The notes under the pieces: model-generated
Told to the model about the DNA's origin: nothing
Databases searched by the model: none
The model's input: only the letters and a program-made list of their open reading frames with translations
Assembly: GCA_964354495.1 (NCBI GenBank)
Contig: CAYHAA010000012.1
Coordinates: forward strand, 60,001 to 92,000
Direction of reading: 5' to 3'
Source: an uncultured archaeon
GTDB taxonomy: Archaea > Asgardarchaeota > Thorarchaeia > Thorarchaeales > Thorarchaeaceae
Length of the DNA stretch: 32,000 nt
Translations under genes and position numbers: made by a program
In this document: positions 16,924 through 26,198 of the stretch, one piece after another
Position numbering within the stretch: position 1 is the stretch's first letter
Layout: every line of letters begins with the position of its first letter

Positions 16924-17826
16924 CTGAAACCGCTTGTACTCCTCAATGTCGCCGGTACCCGTGCGAGCATCTCTGCAGTCGCCGTTGATGACGATTATCT
17001 CTATGCTTCCGATAGTGACGGAAACCTTACTATTTGGAGCAAACCGAACATGGATGCGCCTCTAGTCCTCACTGGACAGACATCAACGCAGATAGAATCC
17101 TTGTTATCAGATGGGCAATATCTGTACAGTGGAAGTATCTCTGGTGACACTGTCATTCGTGTCTACAACCAAGACTTAGATCTCATACATATCATCAGGG
17201 GGCACGTGGGGACTATCTTCGACATGTCAGCGGACAGTAGGCACCTGATCTCTGGTTCAGGTGACGCCACAGTAAGAATCTGGGAGAAGTCTGCTTGGAG
17301 TCAGGTTGGCTCCGTTATGGCGCAGACTCATTTCGTTCTCTCAGTTGCTCTCGATGATGAATACATCTATGCTGGAGGCATTGACAACTGTACCAATGTC
17401 TTCAGCCGCTCCTCACTCAAACGAGTAGCGTCACTCCACGGTCATGATGCAAACGTTCTCGCTCTTGCAGTGGATGATAGGTACGCATACTCTGGTTCCG
17501 GAGAACTATGGTGGGGTGGACCTGGATCGCCGCGTCCCAGCGTGTTCGAGAGTGCAGTCAGAGTATGGGACAAGAATGACTGGAGATGCATTGAGGTTCT
17601 GGTTGGCCATCAGGACAATATCAACGCACTTGCTGTCGATAGGCGATTCGTCTACTCCGCTTCAGATGACAGTACAGTTAGAGTCTACTCAAAGGAAGAC
17701 TGGTCTGAAGTTGCATTAATCGATATTGGCCTAGGAAAAATAGTTGACCTGACGCATGATGACAAATTCCTCTACTTTGCTTGTACGGATGGGAATGTTC
17801 GCTACATAGCAAAGAACATGTTCTAG
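16924..17826 (+). CDS. Seven-blade WD40 beta-propeller protein; true start lies upstream of the annotated ATG 17050 (candidate CTG 16924)
   Basis: Seven repeats of the type 'xxxAVDDxYLYSGSxDxTVRVW', the first encoded upstream of 17050. The frame is open back to 16873. Confidence 0.8.
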   Translation: MKPLVLLNVAGTRASISAVAVDDDYLYASDSDGNLTIWSKPNMDAPLVLTGQTSTQIESLLSDGQYLYSGSISGDTVIRVYNQDLDLIHIIRGHVGTIFDMSADSRHLISGSGDATVRIWEKSAWSQVGSVMAQTHFVLSVALDDEYIYAGGIDNCTNVFSRSSLKRVASLHGHDANVLALAVDDRYAYSGSGELWWGGPGSPRPSVFESAVRVWDKNDWRCIEVLVGHQDNINALAVDRRFVYSASDDSTVRVYSKEDWSEVALIDIGLGKIVDLTHDDKFLYFACTDGNVRYIAKNMF

Positions 17827-17994
17827 CCGCTGAAGGTCAAAAAAAGCTGTCATATCTTCAATCTGATGGAACCGCAGCTTTCAGAATCTATCACTTCCGT
17901 TTCTTACTTTCTCTCAGCTGCTATCGTCAAACACCGAACCTGCAGTCTCACGCGTATAGATATGTCATCTCTACTTGATAGTGAACACAACAAA

Positions 17995-18270
17995 ATGAGC
18001 GGACAAGCCATGATGACTGGAATAAGACTGCCAAAGAGTGCTCTTGTGATCTTGGGAATTCTCCACAAAAAGGGGCCAATGCCTCCCAGAGATATCAGTA
18101 AGGAAACAAAAGTGCCCCTGAGGACAGTGACCTTTGCATTGGACAGGCTTGTGAATGCGGATATCTGTCAAAAAATACCGAATCTAGGTGATATGCGTCG
18201 GACGTTATATGTCGTCGACCAGGAAAAGGCACGTTCTATCTTCATCAGGTACGGAAAGATGTTCTCGTGA
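17995..18270 (+). CDS. Winged-helix (MarR-like) small DNA-binding protein
   Basis: 'SALVILGILHKKGPMPPRDISKETKVPLRTVTFALDRL...KIPNLGDMRRTLY'. Start uncertain (17962, 17995 or 18010). Confidence 0.75.
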   Translation: MSGQAMMTGIRLPKSALVILGILHKKGPMPPRDISKETKVPLRTVTFALDRLVNADICQKIPNLGDMRRTLYVVDQEKARSIFIRYGKMFS

Positions 18271-18311
18271 ATGTCCCTTCCTGACATGAGATTCGCTGGA
18301 GTTATCCACGC

Positions 18312-18710
18312 ATGTTGACACCTACCAAACTACTGCATCAGTACCAGCGAGCTATGGCAGAACCAGTCAAAAACGGCAATGATGAGTCAGTCTCTATCCT
18401 GTACAGCACAGACTGGGTGAAGATTATGGTCGTGAGAGACCGGGAGTCACCAGAGACCTGCTTCATCGAGGTCGAGATATCGCTGCCTCCATGCACCATT
18501 GATCCCTCGACAGATGTCGAGTCTCTTCATAATGGGACTGCAAGGAAGTTCATCGAGGACACCATCTCTCATCTTAGGTATTTGCTCCGATTGGAGGAAG
18601 CCGGTCTTCTCATAGGGATTCTATCTGCAGAGGGAATCTGGAGTGCTTCGCTCGCAGTTCGGGAACATCCCGATGAAAGACTGTTTGAAGCCCTCATACC
18701 ACCTTCCTAG
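18312..18710 (+). CDS. Hypothetical protein (132 aa)
   Basis: Clean ORF filling the gap between the wHTH gene and hutU, with normal composition. No motif recognised. Confidence 0.6.
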   Translation: MLTPTKLLHQYQRAMAEPVKNGNDESVSILYSTDWVKIMVVRDRESPETCFIEVEISLPPCTIDPSTDVESLHNGTARKFIEDTISHLRYLLRLEEAGLLIGILSAEGIWSASLAVREHPDERLFEALIPPS

Positions 18711-18823
18711 GTCCATGCTCCTTCTAGTAGTTCTCTCTACAGTCATACATTATCGAAACAGATGATGTCGCGTCCTTTATGAGGGCTGGCATCATTTTGG
18801 AAACTGCCAAGGGATGTGTTTCG

Positions 18824-20845
18824 ATGACGATTGACGTGTCGAAGGCGATGGAAATCAAGCTATCGTCCGAGTTACCCCCAAACCCAGTATTCAACCCTAA
18901 GATTCGAAGGGCCCCAGATCGAGGTTATGACCTGAATGAAACGGAAACCGTGATTGCAGTCAAGAATGCATTACGGTATATTCCAACTGAGCTGCACAAA
19001 AAACTGGCACCAGAGTTCCTGAATGAATTGATGAGGCGAGGTCGAATCTATGGCTATAGATATCTACCTCAAGGCGCCATCAAGGCGCGACCAGTGGATG
19101 AATACACAGGAATTCTAGAGGCCCGAGCAATACAATTGATGATTGACAACAATCTTGATTTTGATGTCGCCCTCTATCCCTACGAACTTGTCACGTACGG
19201 TGAGAGCGGTCAGGTCTGTCAGAATTGGATGCAGTACCGGCTCATCAAGAAGTATCTTGAAGTCATGACTGACGAACAGACCCTGGTTGTCAGCTCAGGG
19301 CATCCAGTCGGGCTCTTTCCATCACGAAAGGAGGCTCCCAGAGTCCTTTCGACTAATGGTCTCATGGTGGGGATGTTCGACACTCCTGATGGATTCCACC
19401 ATGCTGCTCAGATGGGCTCAGCCAACTATGCACAGATGACGGCAGGAGGATGGATGTACATCGGGCCACAGGGAATCGTGCATGGAACCTACATCACTCT
19501 GCTGAATGCTGGTAGGCTCTATCTAGGACTGCCTGATGACAAGGATCTTCGGGGTAAGGTATTCCTGACCTCAGGTCTGGGAGGGATGAGTGGCGCGCAG
19601 GCAAAAGCGATTGAGATTGCTGGGGGTATTGGTGTCATTGCTGAAGTCGATAAGAGCAGGATAGACACCCGACACGAGCAAGGGTGGTTGAGCAAGTTTT
19701 CATCAGATTTGGACGAAGTCTTTGAGCAGGTCGCTGAGTATAGACAGAGAGCTGAACCAGTCTCTATCGGGTACCATGGAAATGTCGTGGACCTTTGGGA
19801 GTATGTCTTAGAGCGGAATATCAAGATCGAGCTTGCTTCTGACCAGACTTCATGCCACGATGTCTATTGCGGCGGGTATACTCCTCAGGGTGTCACCTTC
19901 GAGGAGGGCAGAGCTATTCTCAAGAATGACCGGCCTCGCTTCAAGAAACTGGTCGACGCCTCACTTCACAGGCAGTTCGAGCTTATTGAGGCGATGACAA
20001 AGCGTGGGACTTTCTTCTGGGACTATGGCAACTCCTTCATGAAGGCAGTCTTTGATGCTGGTGCAACGCGTATCGCAAAGAACGGTATAGACACATCTCT
20101 GGGATTCATCTTTCCCTCCTATGTTGAGGACATCATGGGTCCAATCTGCTTTGATTATGGGTACGGCCCCTTTAGATGGGTGTGCCTAAGCGGAAAGCAT
20201 GAGGATCTGGTTCAGACAGACAAAGCAGCCATGTCAAAGATAGACCCTAATCGGAGAGGGCAGGACCGCGATAACTATCACTGGATAAGAGATGCAGAGA
20301 AGAACGCGTTGGTTGTTGGCTCTCAAGCACGAATCCTCTATACTGATGCACAGGGCCGAGTGAGTATTGCGTTGGCATTCAATAGATTGGTGCGGGACGG
20401 CAAGGTCGGTCCAATCATGCTGGGTCGAGACCACCATGATACAGGAGGTACTGACTCTCCATTTAGAGAAACTGCCAACATCTATGATGGGAGCAATGTA
20501 ATGAGTGACATGGCTCATCAGTGCTGGTCCGGAAATGCAGCTCGTGGCATGACGATGTGTGTCTTATCTAACGGAGGCGGCGTGGGAACTGGTAAAGCAA
20601 TCAATGGGGGGTTTGGATTGGTCCTTGACGGGTCTGAGCGAGTTGATGCCATTATCAAGTCTGCTCTGGACTGGGATGTCATGAGTGGAGTAGCTCGTCG
20701 TGCGTGGGCTAGGAATGAACATGCTATTGAGACTGCCATTGAGTGGAATCAGCGGCTTGGAAACAAGGGGCACATCTCACTTCCATATATCCCAGATGAT
20801 GGCCTTGTGGAACAGCTCGTTAGGAAGAGAATCAACAAGTCATAG
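18824..20845 (+). CDS. hutU: Urocanate hydratase, long (UROC1-like, about 673 aa) type
   Basis: Motifs 'YPYELVTYG', 'QMTAGGWMYIGPQGIVHGT', 'TSGLGGMSGAQ', 'SDQTSCH', 'WDYGN', 'GPFRW', 'GRDHHD' and 'SNGGGVG'. ATG 18824 preferred. Confidence 0.97.
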   Translation: MTIDVSKAMEIKLSSELPPNPVFNPKIRRAPDRGYDLNETETVIAVKNALRYIPTELHKKLAPEFLNELMRRGRIYGYRYLPQGAIKARPVDEYTGILEARAIQLMIDNNLDFDVALYPYELVTYGESGQVCQNWMQYRLIKKYLEVMTDEQTLVVSSGHPVGLFPSRKEAPRVLSTNGLMVGMFDTPDGFHHAAQMGSANYAQMTAGGWMYIGPQGIVHGTYITLLNAGRLYLGLPDDKDLRGKVFLTSGLGGMSGAQAKAIEIAGGIGVIAEVDKSRIDTRHEQGWLSKFSSDLDEVFEQVAEYRQRAEPVSIGYHGNVVDLWEYVLERNIKIELASDQTSCHDVYCGGYTPQGVTFEEGRAILKNDRPRFKKLVDASLHRQFELIEAMTKRGTFFWDYGNSFMKAVFDAGATRIAKNGIDTSLGFIFPSYVEDIMGPICFDYGYGPFRWVCLSGKHEDLVQTDKAAMSKIDPNRRGQDRDNYHWIRDAEKNALVVGSQARILYTDAQGRVSIALAFNRLVRDGKVGPIMLGRDHHDTGGTDSPFRETANIYDGSNVMSDMAHQCWSGNAARGMTMCVLSNGGGVGTGKAINGGFGLVLDGSERVDAIIKSALDWDVMSGVARRAWARNEHAIETAIEWNQRLGNKGHISLPYIPDDGLVEQLVRKRINKS

Positions 20846-20932
20846 ACGATTCAATAAGACGTCATGTCCTGGCAGAGAACGCGCAAATCATTAAATTCCC
20901 CCAGTCCTAGACAAGAACAGAGGTGCGCCAAT

Positions 20933-21442
20933 GTGATTGTTCTCACAATAGACAATGCTGAGCTAGAACCAATACTCTCTTTCTTGCAGAGTAATTATTC
21001 GAAAGTTCTAGCCAAGGTATGGGAGAACGCGGGTATGACAAATGCTGTTTTTATCCAATCTGAGCTTGTTCTAAGAACCTTCAGTGAACAGACTATTACA
21101 GTAGTGATGCAATACTACGGTGATACGCATAGTTGCGAGTTGACCACTGTAGCCAGCGGTGGCGGCGAAGGTCTTCTTAGAATTAGCCTGGGGTCACAAG
21201 AAGCAGCGGAGTCGACATTCATGGAAAGAATCAAGGATTTTGTGAGAGGGCATGGCTGGGAGCTCAATCGCAAACATCCTGGTTTTGCTGGCTCTGAATG
21301 TCCATACTGCAGCGCTTTCTATATGTACAAACAATCTCAGGTTATGGAAGATGGCTCAGTGAGATGCCAGAATTGCGACAAGAGTTTCTTGCTTAATGAA
21401 GCCCAGAGAGCACCGAAAGGAAGAATGGAAAAGCTCGTATAG
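20933..21442 (+). CDS. Hypothetical protein with C-terminal Zn-ribbon
   Basis: GTG 20933 with SD GAGGTG. Contains 'VASGGGEGLLRISLGSQEAAE' and 'CPYC-x19-CQNC'. Confidence 0.7.
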   Translation: MIVLTIDNAELEPILSFLQSNYSKVLAKVWENAGMTNAVFIQSELVLRTFSEQTITVVMQYYGDTHSCELTTVASGGGEGLLRISLGSQEAAESTFMERIKDFVRGHGWELNRKHPGFAGSECPYCSAFYMYKQSQVMEDGSVRCQNCDKSFLLNEAQRAPKGRMEKLV

Positions 21443-21547
21443 ATTCAGACAGCACTTTGCGATAACTACTAAAGTGACGCGGTGCGCACCACCTCTGTTA
21501 ACTACGAACATGAATCTACCGATTTCAGAATGCACAAGGTGGATCTA

Positions 21548-23080
21548 ATGGCAGTCTTGGTTGACGGAGAGAATGTTTCGATTGAGGATGTTGTCAAGGT
21601 CGCTCGGTATAACGAGCATGTGGAGCTTGCAGACTCTGCAAAAGCACGTGTTCGTAGGAGTCGCGATGTTGTTGAAGATGCCATCAAGAGTAATCGAATC
21701 GTCTATGGCGTGAATACAGGTTTCGGAGACCTGGCTAATATTTCGATAGACAAGGATGATGTAGCTCGATTGCAGGTCAACCTGATTCGTAGTCATAGTG
21801 CTGGTGTCGGAGCGCCATTCTCGCGGGAGATAGTCAGAGGCATGATGCTCCTTCGTGCCAACGCTCTGGCCAAGGGCTTCTCTGGAGTCCGACCCATCGT
21901 CATCGAGACCCTCCTGAGTATGCTAGATGGAGATGTAACACCCATGGTTCCGCAGCAGGGGTCTGTAGGCTCAAGCGGAGACCTAGCACCGCTCGCACAT
22001 ATGGCGCTTGTCATGATTGGTGAGGGTGAGGCGTTCCTCAAAGGGGAGAAGATGGCGGGAGCGACTGCAATGAAGCAGGCTGGGATTAAGACCATCAAGC
22101 TTCAGGCCAAAGAAGGTGTAGCACTCATCAACGGAACGCAAGCGATGACTGCAATTGGCGCACTGGCAGTGAATGATGCTCTTTGCCTTGCAAAAGACGC
22201 CATCGTGGCTGCATCGATGAGCCTGGAAGCGCTTCGGGGAACTCGTACAGCTCTCGACCCAAGGATTCACGCAGTACGTCCACATGAAGGTCAGATTGAT
22301 GTGGCAAATGCTATGAAGTCTGTTCTCCAGGATAGCGAGATCAATCGCTCACATGCCAACTGCGGAAAGGTGCAGGATGCATATTCTCTCCGGTGCGCGC
22401 CTCAGGTCTTGGGAGCATCCTTGGATACGATACGGTATGTGCAGAGCGTAGTTGAAATCGAGATCAATTCGGCTACTGATAATCCCCTCGTGTTTGCTGA
22501 TGATGCGACTGTAATATCAGGTGGCAATTTTCATGGCCAACCAATTGCTTTGGCAATGGACTTCCTAGGAATTGCACTCTCAGAGATAGCCAATATCTCC
22601 GAGCGACGAATCAACAGGCTGGTGAACCCTCATCTAAGTGGTCTGCCTGCTTTTCTCACGACAGAGAGCGGTCTTGAGTCTGGTATGATGATTGCTCAGT
22701 ACACCGCGGCAGCCTTAGTGTCTGAAAACAAGATTCTGGCACATCCTGCAAGTGTGGACTCGATTCCAACAAGTGCAGACCAAGAAGACCATGTCAGTAT
22801 GGGCACTATTGCTGCGAGAAAAGCACTGAGCATTCTCGGAAACGTGCAGAATGTCATCGCCATCGAATACATGTGTGCAGCTCAGGGTATTGACTTGCTT
22901 TTCCCACTGAAACCATCGGTTCCTCTTGACAAGGCTCATTCCAAGATACGTGAGGTCGTTCCTAAGCTCGAGGACGACAGGCCTCTGAACCAAGACATAG
23001 CCAAGATACGTGCATTAATGGACTCCTGTACGATTGTGACAGCCGCTGAGAGTGTCATAGGTCCCTTCTTGGACGTATGA
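21548..23080 (+). CDS. hutH: Histidine ammonia-lyase
   Basis: Motifs 'VYGVNTGFG', 'NLIRSH', 'GSVGSSGDLAPLAH', 'KEGVALINGT', 'QDAYSLRCAPQV', 'GGNFHGQP' and 'QEDHVSMG'. ATG 21548 with SD AAGGTGG. Confidence 0.97.
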   Translation: MAVLVDGENVSIEDVVKVARYNEHVELADSAKARVRRSRDVVEDAIKSNRIVYGVNTGFGDLANISIDKDDVARLQVNLIRSHSAGVGAPFSREIVRGMMLLRANALAKGFSGVRPIVIETLLSMLDGDVTPMVPQQGSVGSSGDLAPLAHMALVMIGEGEAFLKGEKMAGATAMKQAGIKTIKLQAKEGVALINGTQAMTAIGALAVNDALCLAKDAIVAASMSLEALRGTRTALDPRIHAVRPHEGQIDVANAMKSVLQDSEINRSHANCGKVQDAYSLRCAPQVLGASLDTIRYVQSVVEIEINSATDNPLVFADDATVISGGNFHGQPIALAMDFLGIALSEIANISERRINRLVNPHLSGLPAFLTTESGLESGMMIAQYTAAALVSENKILAHPASVDSIPTSADQEDHVSMGTIAARKALSILGNVQNVIAIEYMCAAQGIDLLFPLKPSVPLDKAHSKIREVVPKLEDDRPLNQDIAKIRALMDSCTIVTAAESVIGPFLDV

Positions 23081-23082
23081 CC

Positions 23083-24348
23083 TCATGGACTGAGTTTTGT
23101 GTGAACAACCTGCCCGTTTGAGATGACTGTGTGCACCAGATTGACTCCAAACCGCCAAGTCAAGTACTCGGGATTCGGGCAGTCCAGAATGAGAATATCC
23201 GCACGTTTCCCAACTTCTAGGCTTCCGAGTGTCTTACCCCGATCAATTGCGTGAGCCGCATTTATTGTGACTGCTGACAGTGCCTCTCGGGGCCGCATTT
23301 TCATCTTGTAGCAGGCTAGCGCAATGGTGAAGAACATTGACTCGTTGGCGCAGTTCGGATTGAAGTCTGTTGCAAGAGCAACCGGCAGTCCCATATCGAT
23401 CATCTTGCGAGCATCAGCGTAGTTGGCGTTGAAACTGAAAGCTGTCGCAGGAAGAAGTGTTGCAATAGTCCCTGCCTTGTGCATTGCTTCGAGACCGTCA
23501 TCTGATGCCATGAGAAGATGATCTGCTGAAACAGCCTTCAGTTCACCAGCCAGTTCAGCCCCTCCTAGCTGAACGATCTCATCAGCATGGACCTTCAGTT
23601 TCAATCCCGAACATCTGGCTGCCTGCAGGATATCTCGTGACTGGTCAACTCCGAATACGCCTTTTTCACAGAAGACATCGCAGAATTCAGCCAACCCTGC
23701 CTTTGTCACTGCAGGAATCATCTCATTGATGATGAGGTCAACATAGTTGTCTGGTCTACCTATGAACTCTGGCGGTATTGCATGAGCTCCCAAGAATGTC
23801 GAAACAAGCCCAAGAGGCATTCTCTTACGCAATGCATCAGTTGCCTTGAGCATCTTGAGTTCGTCCTTGGTATTAAGCCCGTACCCACTCTTAGCCTCAA
23901 TTGTCGTGGTCCCCATGCTCAACATACCTGTAGCGTAGGAGAACGCATTACTAGTCAGTTGCTTTTGTGTGGCGGCTCTTGTGGCTCGGAGTGTGCTGAG
24001 AATCCCGCCGCCAGCATCAAGAATCTCCATGTAGGTCTTTCCAGCCAGTTTCATTGCAAAGTCATTCTCTCGTGAGCCTCCAAAGACAAGGTGCGTGTGA
24101 CTATCAACGAATCCTGGTGTCGCTAGCATATTCGGGAACTCAATTGGAGGTAGGTCTGGCATCTCCGTGATATGCGCTAATACCTCAGCCGTGGGTCCAA
24201 CCGCAGTGATAATGCCGTCCTTCATCGCAATCGCGCCAGATTCTATGATAGACAGCTCTCCGAGATCCGCACCTGTTTTTGGATGTTCACTGTTTCCCTC
24301 AAGAGTCGCGACCTGTCCAATGTTCGTCAAGAGCATATCCGGTTTCAT
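23083..24348 (-). CDS. hutI: Imidazolonepropionase
   Basis: Motifs 'PGFVDSHTHLVFGGSR', 'GGGILST', 'GTTTIEAKSGYGL', 'FLGAHA', 'KVHADE', 'SADHL' and 'ALATDFNP'. Confidence 0.96.
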   Translation of the reverse strand: MKPDMLLTNIGQVATLEGNSEHPKTGADLGELSIIESGAIAMKDGIITAVGPTAEVLAHITEMPDLPPIEFPNMLATPGFVDSHTHLVFGGSRENDFAMKLAGKTYMEILDAGGGILSTLRATRAATQKQLTSNAFSYATGMLSMGTTTIEAKSGYGLNTKDELKMLKATDALRKRMPLGLVSTFLGAHAIPPEFIGRPDNYVDLIINEMIPAVTKAGLAEFCDVFCEKGVFGVDQSRDILQAARCSGLKLKVHADEIVQLGGAELAGELKAVSADHLLMASDDGLEAMHKAGTIATLLPATAFSFNANYADARKMIDMGLPVALATDFNPNCANESMFFTIALACYKMKMRPREALSAVTINAAHAIDRGKTLGSLEVGKRADILILDCPNPEYLTWRFGVNLVHTVISNGQVVHTKLSP

Positions 24349-24463
24349 AGTTGTCCCTTCAATTTGACCCACAATGTCACTGATTTACGTTGTGCTGCCA
24401 GTAGCGGAATTAATTAGGCAGTGGATAACGAGTTGTGCAAGAGAAAACTTGAGGCAGCAACCA

Positions 24464-25045
24464 ATGGAGTATCTCATTCTAAGCTGGCAGGATGTCTACA
24501 ATCTGACTCTACGGCTATCAGAAAGAATCGTATCAAGTGGTTTCAGTCCTGACATCATCGTGGGAATCGCTCGTGGCGGTTGGATTCCCGCGAGAATACT
24601 ATCTGATGTTCTCTACATGGAGTCACTACAGAACATTCGTATCGAGTACTACACAGATGTTGGTGCTAAGGGAAGAGAACCCAAAATCACACAGCCTCTT
24701 TCTGGTTCTCTCAAGAACAAAAGCGTCCTCATAGTGGATGAGGTTGCAGATACGGGAGACAGTCTCTTCTATGCTATCAATCATATCAAGTCCTTAGGAG
24801 TGGATGAGCATCGCTCGGCCGTGCTTCACCTAAAACCTGGGTCGAGAATCATTCCTGATTACTACATGGTCAAGACAAGTTGCTGGACGGTCTATCCGTG
24901 GGAGAATCGTGAGTCAATAATCTCACTTATCAAGTTATTCAGAAAAGAAGACCCCTCACTCGACCTGAAGGACATACGCGACCGTCTAGTGTTCGAGGTG
25001 GGATTTGAGCCAACTGTTGCCGACTACTTCATCAAGCGTCTATAG
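24464..25045 (+). CDS. Purine phosphoribosyltransferase (archaeal xanthine/hypoxanthine-guanine PRT-like)
   Basis: 'IVGIARGGWIPARILSD', PRPP loop 'VLIVDEVADTGDSL', and 'WTVYPWE'. ATG 24464. Confidence 0.88.
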   Translation: MEYLILSWQDVYNLTLRLSERIVSSGFSPDIIVGIARGGWIPARILSDVLYMESLQNIRIEYYTDVGAKGREPKITQPLSGSLKNKSVLIVDEVADTGDSLFYAINHIKSLGVDEHRSAVLHLKPGSRIIPDYYMVKTSCWTVYPWENRESIISLIKLFRKEDPSLDLKDIRDRLVFEVGFEPTVADYFIKRL

Positions 25046-25066
25046 GTTCCAAGTTTCTGAGGTCTC

Positions 25067-25648
25067 ATGATGTTGTCCGAAACGATCGAATGGAAGGATG
25101 AAGTCATTCAAGTCGGTATGTCCGAGTTCAAGAACTCCAGACATCTCAACAGAAAAGCCCTGCTCACCCTGGCACGTTCGGAGGCTGAAAGTGTTCTTGC
25201 CATCCAGTTCTTCGATAGTTCAATGATCGTCGATGAGTTGCATCTACTGTCTGCCGTCCAGAATGCAGTCAATGCTTGGAGAGGCGGCTACATGAAGTCA
25301 AGGGGTCTGGACGTAGAGATGATTGTCTATGCATCCGCACAACATCAGATTGGTCGAGCTCTCGAACTCATGGGTGTCACTGATGACACTAACGGAGTCC
25401 TTGTTGTCGTACTTGGAGCGCAATTGGGAAGCGTCAAGGAATGTATACGGATCCTCGGGCTCGCTATAGGCAAGGAGATTACTCCGGCCTTTCATAAGAC
25501 CCTTGATCGGATTAAGGCCATAATGAAGGTCTTCAGCATCAGTGATTCCGAGGTCGCTCTTTTTCTTACCCGGCATGACAAGAAATCATGGCAAAGGGCA
25601 GTGTCAAGATGTCTAGTAAGTCGGATTTCGCAGGTTGCAGTGGGCTAG
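25067..25648 (+). CDS. cgi121: KEOPS complex subunit Cgi121
   Basis: 'IQFFDSSMIVDELHLLSAVQNA...SRGLDVEMIVYASAQHQIGRALELMGV'. Confidence 0.88.
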   Translation: MMLSETIEWKDEVIQVGMSEFKNSRHLNRKALLTLARSEAESVLAIQFFDSSMIVDELHLLSAVQNAVNAWRGGYMKSRGLDVEMIVYASAQHQIGRALELMGVTDDTNGVLVVVLGAQLGSVKECIRILGLAIGKEITPAFHKTLDRIKAIMKVFSISDSEVALFLTRHDKKSWQRAVSRCLVSRISQVAVG

Positions 25649-25655
25649 AGCCTCT

Positions 25656-26198
25656 CTATGTCTTCTCCATCGCTGTGATTGACAGAATATCTGTTCCCTC
25701 ATCTAGTACAGAGATGCCTGTCATCTCTCCAACAATCTCGACCCATATTGTCCTATCAGGATCATCAAGGTTGACAGTCCTAGGTATCTCCTCTGCAATT
25801 GCCTTGATTACATCCATATTTTCAAGAGTCGTCTGTCTTCTTCTGACTGTCACTCTGAATGTTTCGTGTTCATTGATTCTCTGAAGGAGCTGGCGTGCAA
25901 TTTCCGCCAGGGTTGCAAGATTGGACTTCACGCAGAATTCCAATGGCGTGAATCGAACTGCAAACCGGAATTGATACGGATTCTCAAGGGCAAACTCTCG
26001 TAGCCTATGTACAACATGGAAAGGGTCCAGAGATGTCCGACAAGTAATCAGTCCTGAAATCCTCGTCACCGTGATTATGAGGTTGGCATCCGCCAGCAGG
26101 TCACCAATGAAGTACTGAATCTCTGATTTTGCTGCTTGCTCGCGATCCTTAGGGCAACCAACAAGCAGGTTGAACTCTTTCAGCGAGATTCCCCTCAC
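25656..26198 (-). CDS. Stand-alone THUMP-domain protein (Tan1/THUMPD1-like)
   Basis: 'TFRVTVRRR...VIKAIAEEI...VNLDDPDRTIWVEIVGEMTGISVL', with an N-terminal ferredoxin-like part. Confidence 0.88.
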   Translation of the reverse strand: MRGISLKEFNLLVGCPKDREQAAKSEIQYFIGDLLADANLIITVTRISGLITCRTSLDPFHVVHRLREFALENPYQFRFAVRFTPLEFCVKSNLATLAEIARQLLQRINEHETFRVTVRRRQTTLENMDVIKAIAEEIPRTVNLDDPDRTIWVEIVGEMTGISVLDEGTDILSITAMEKT

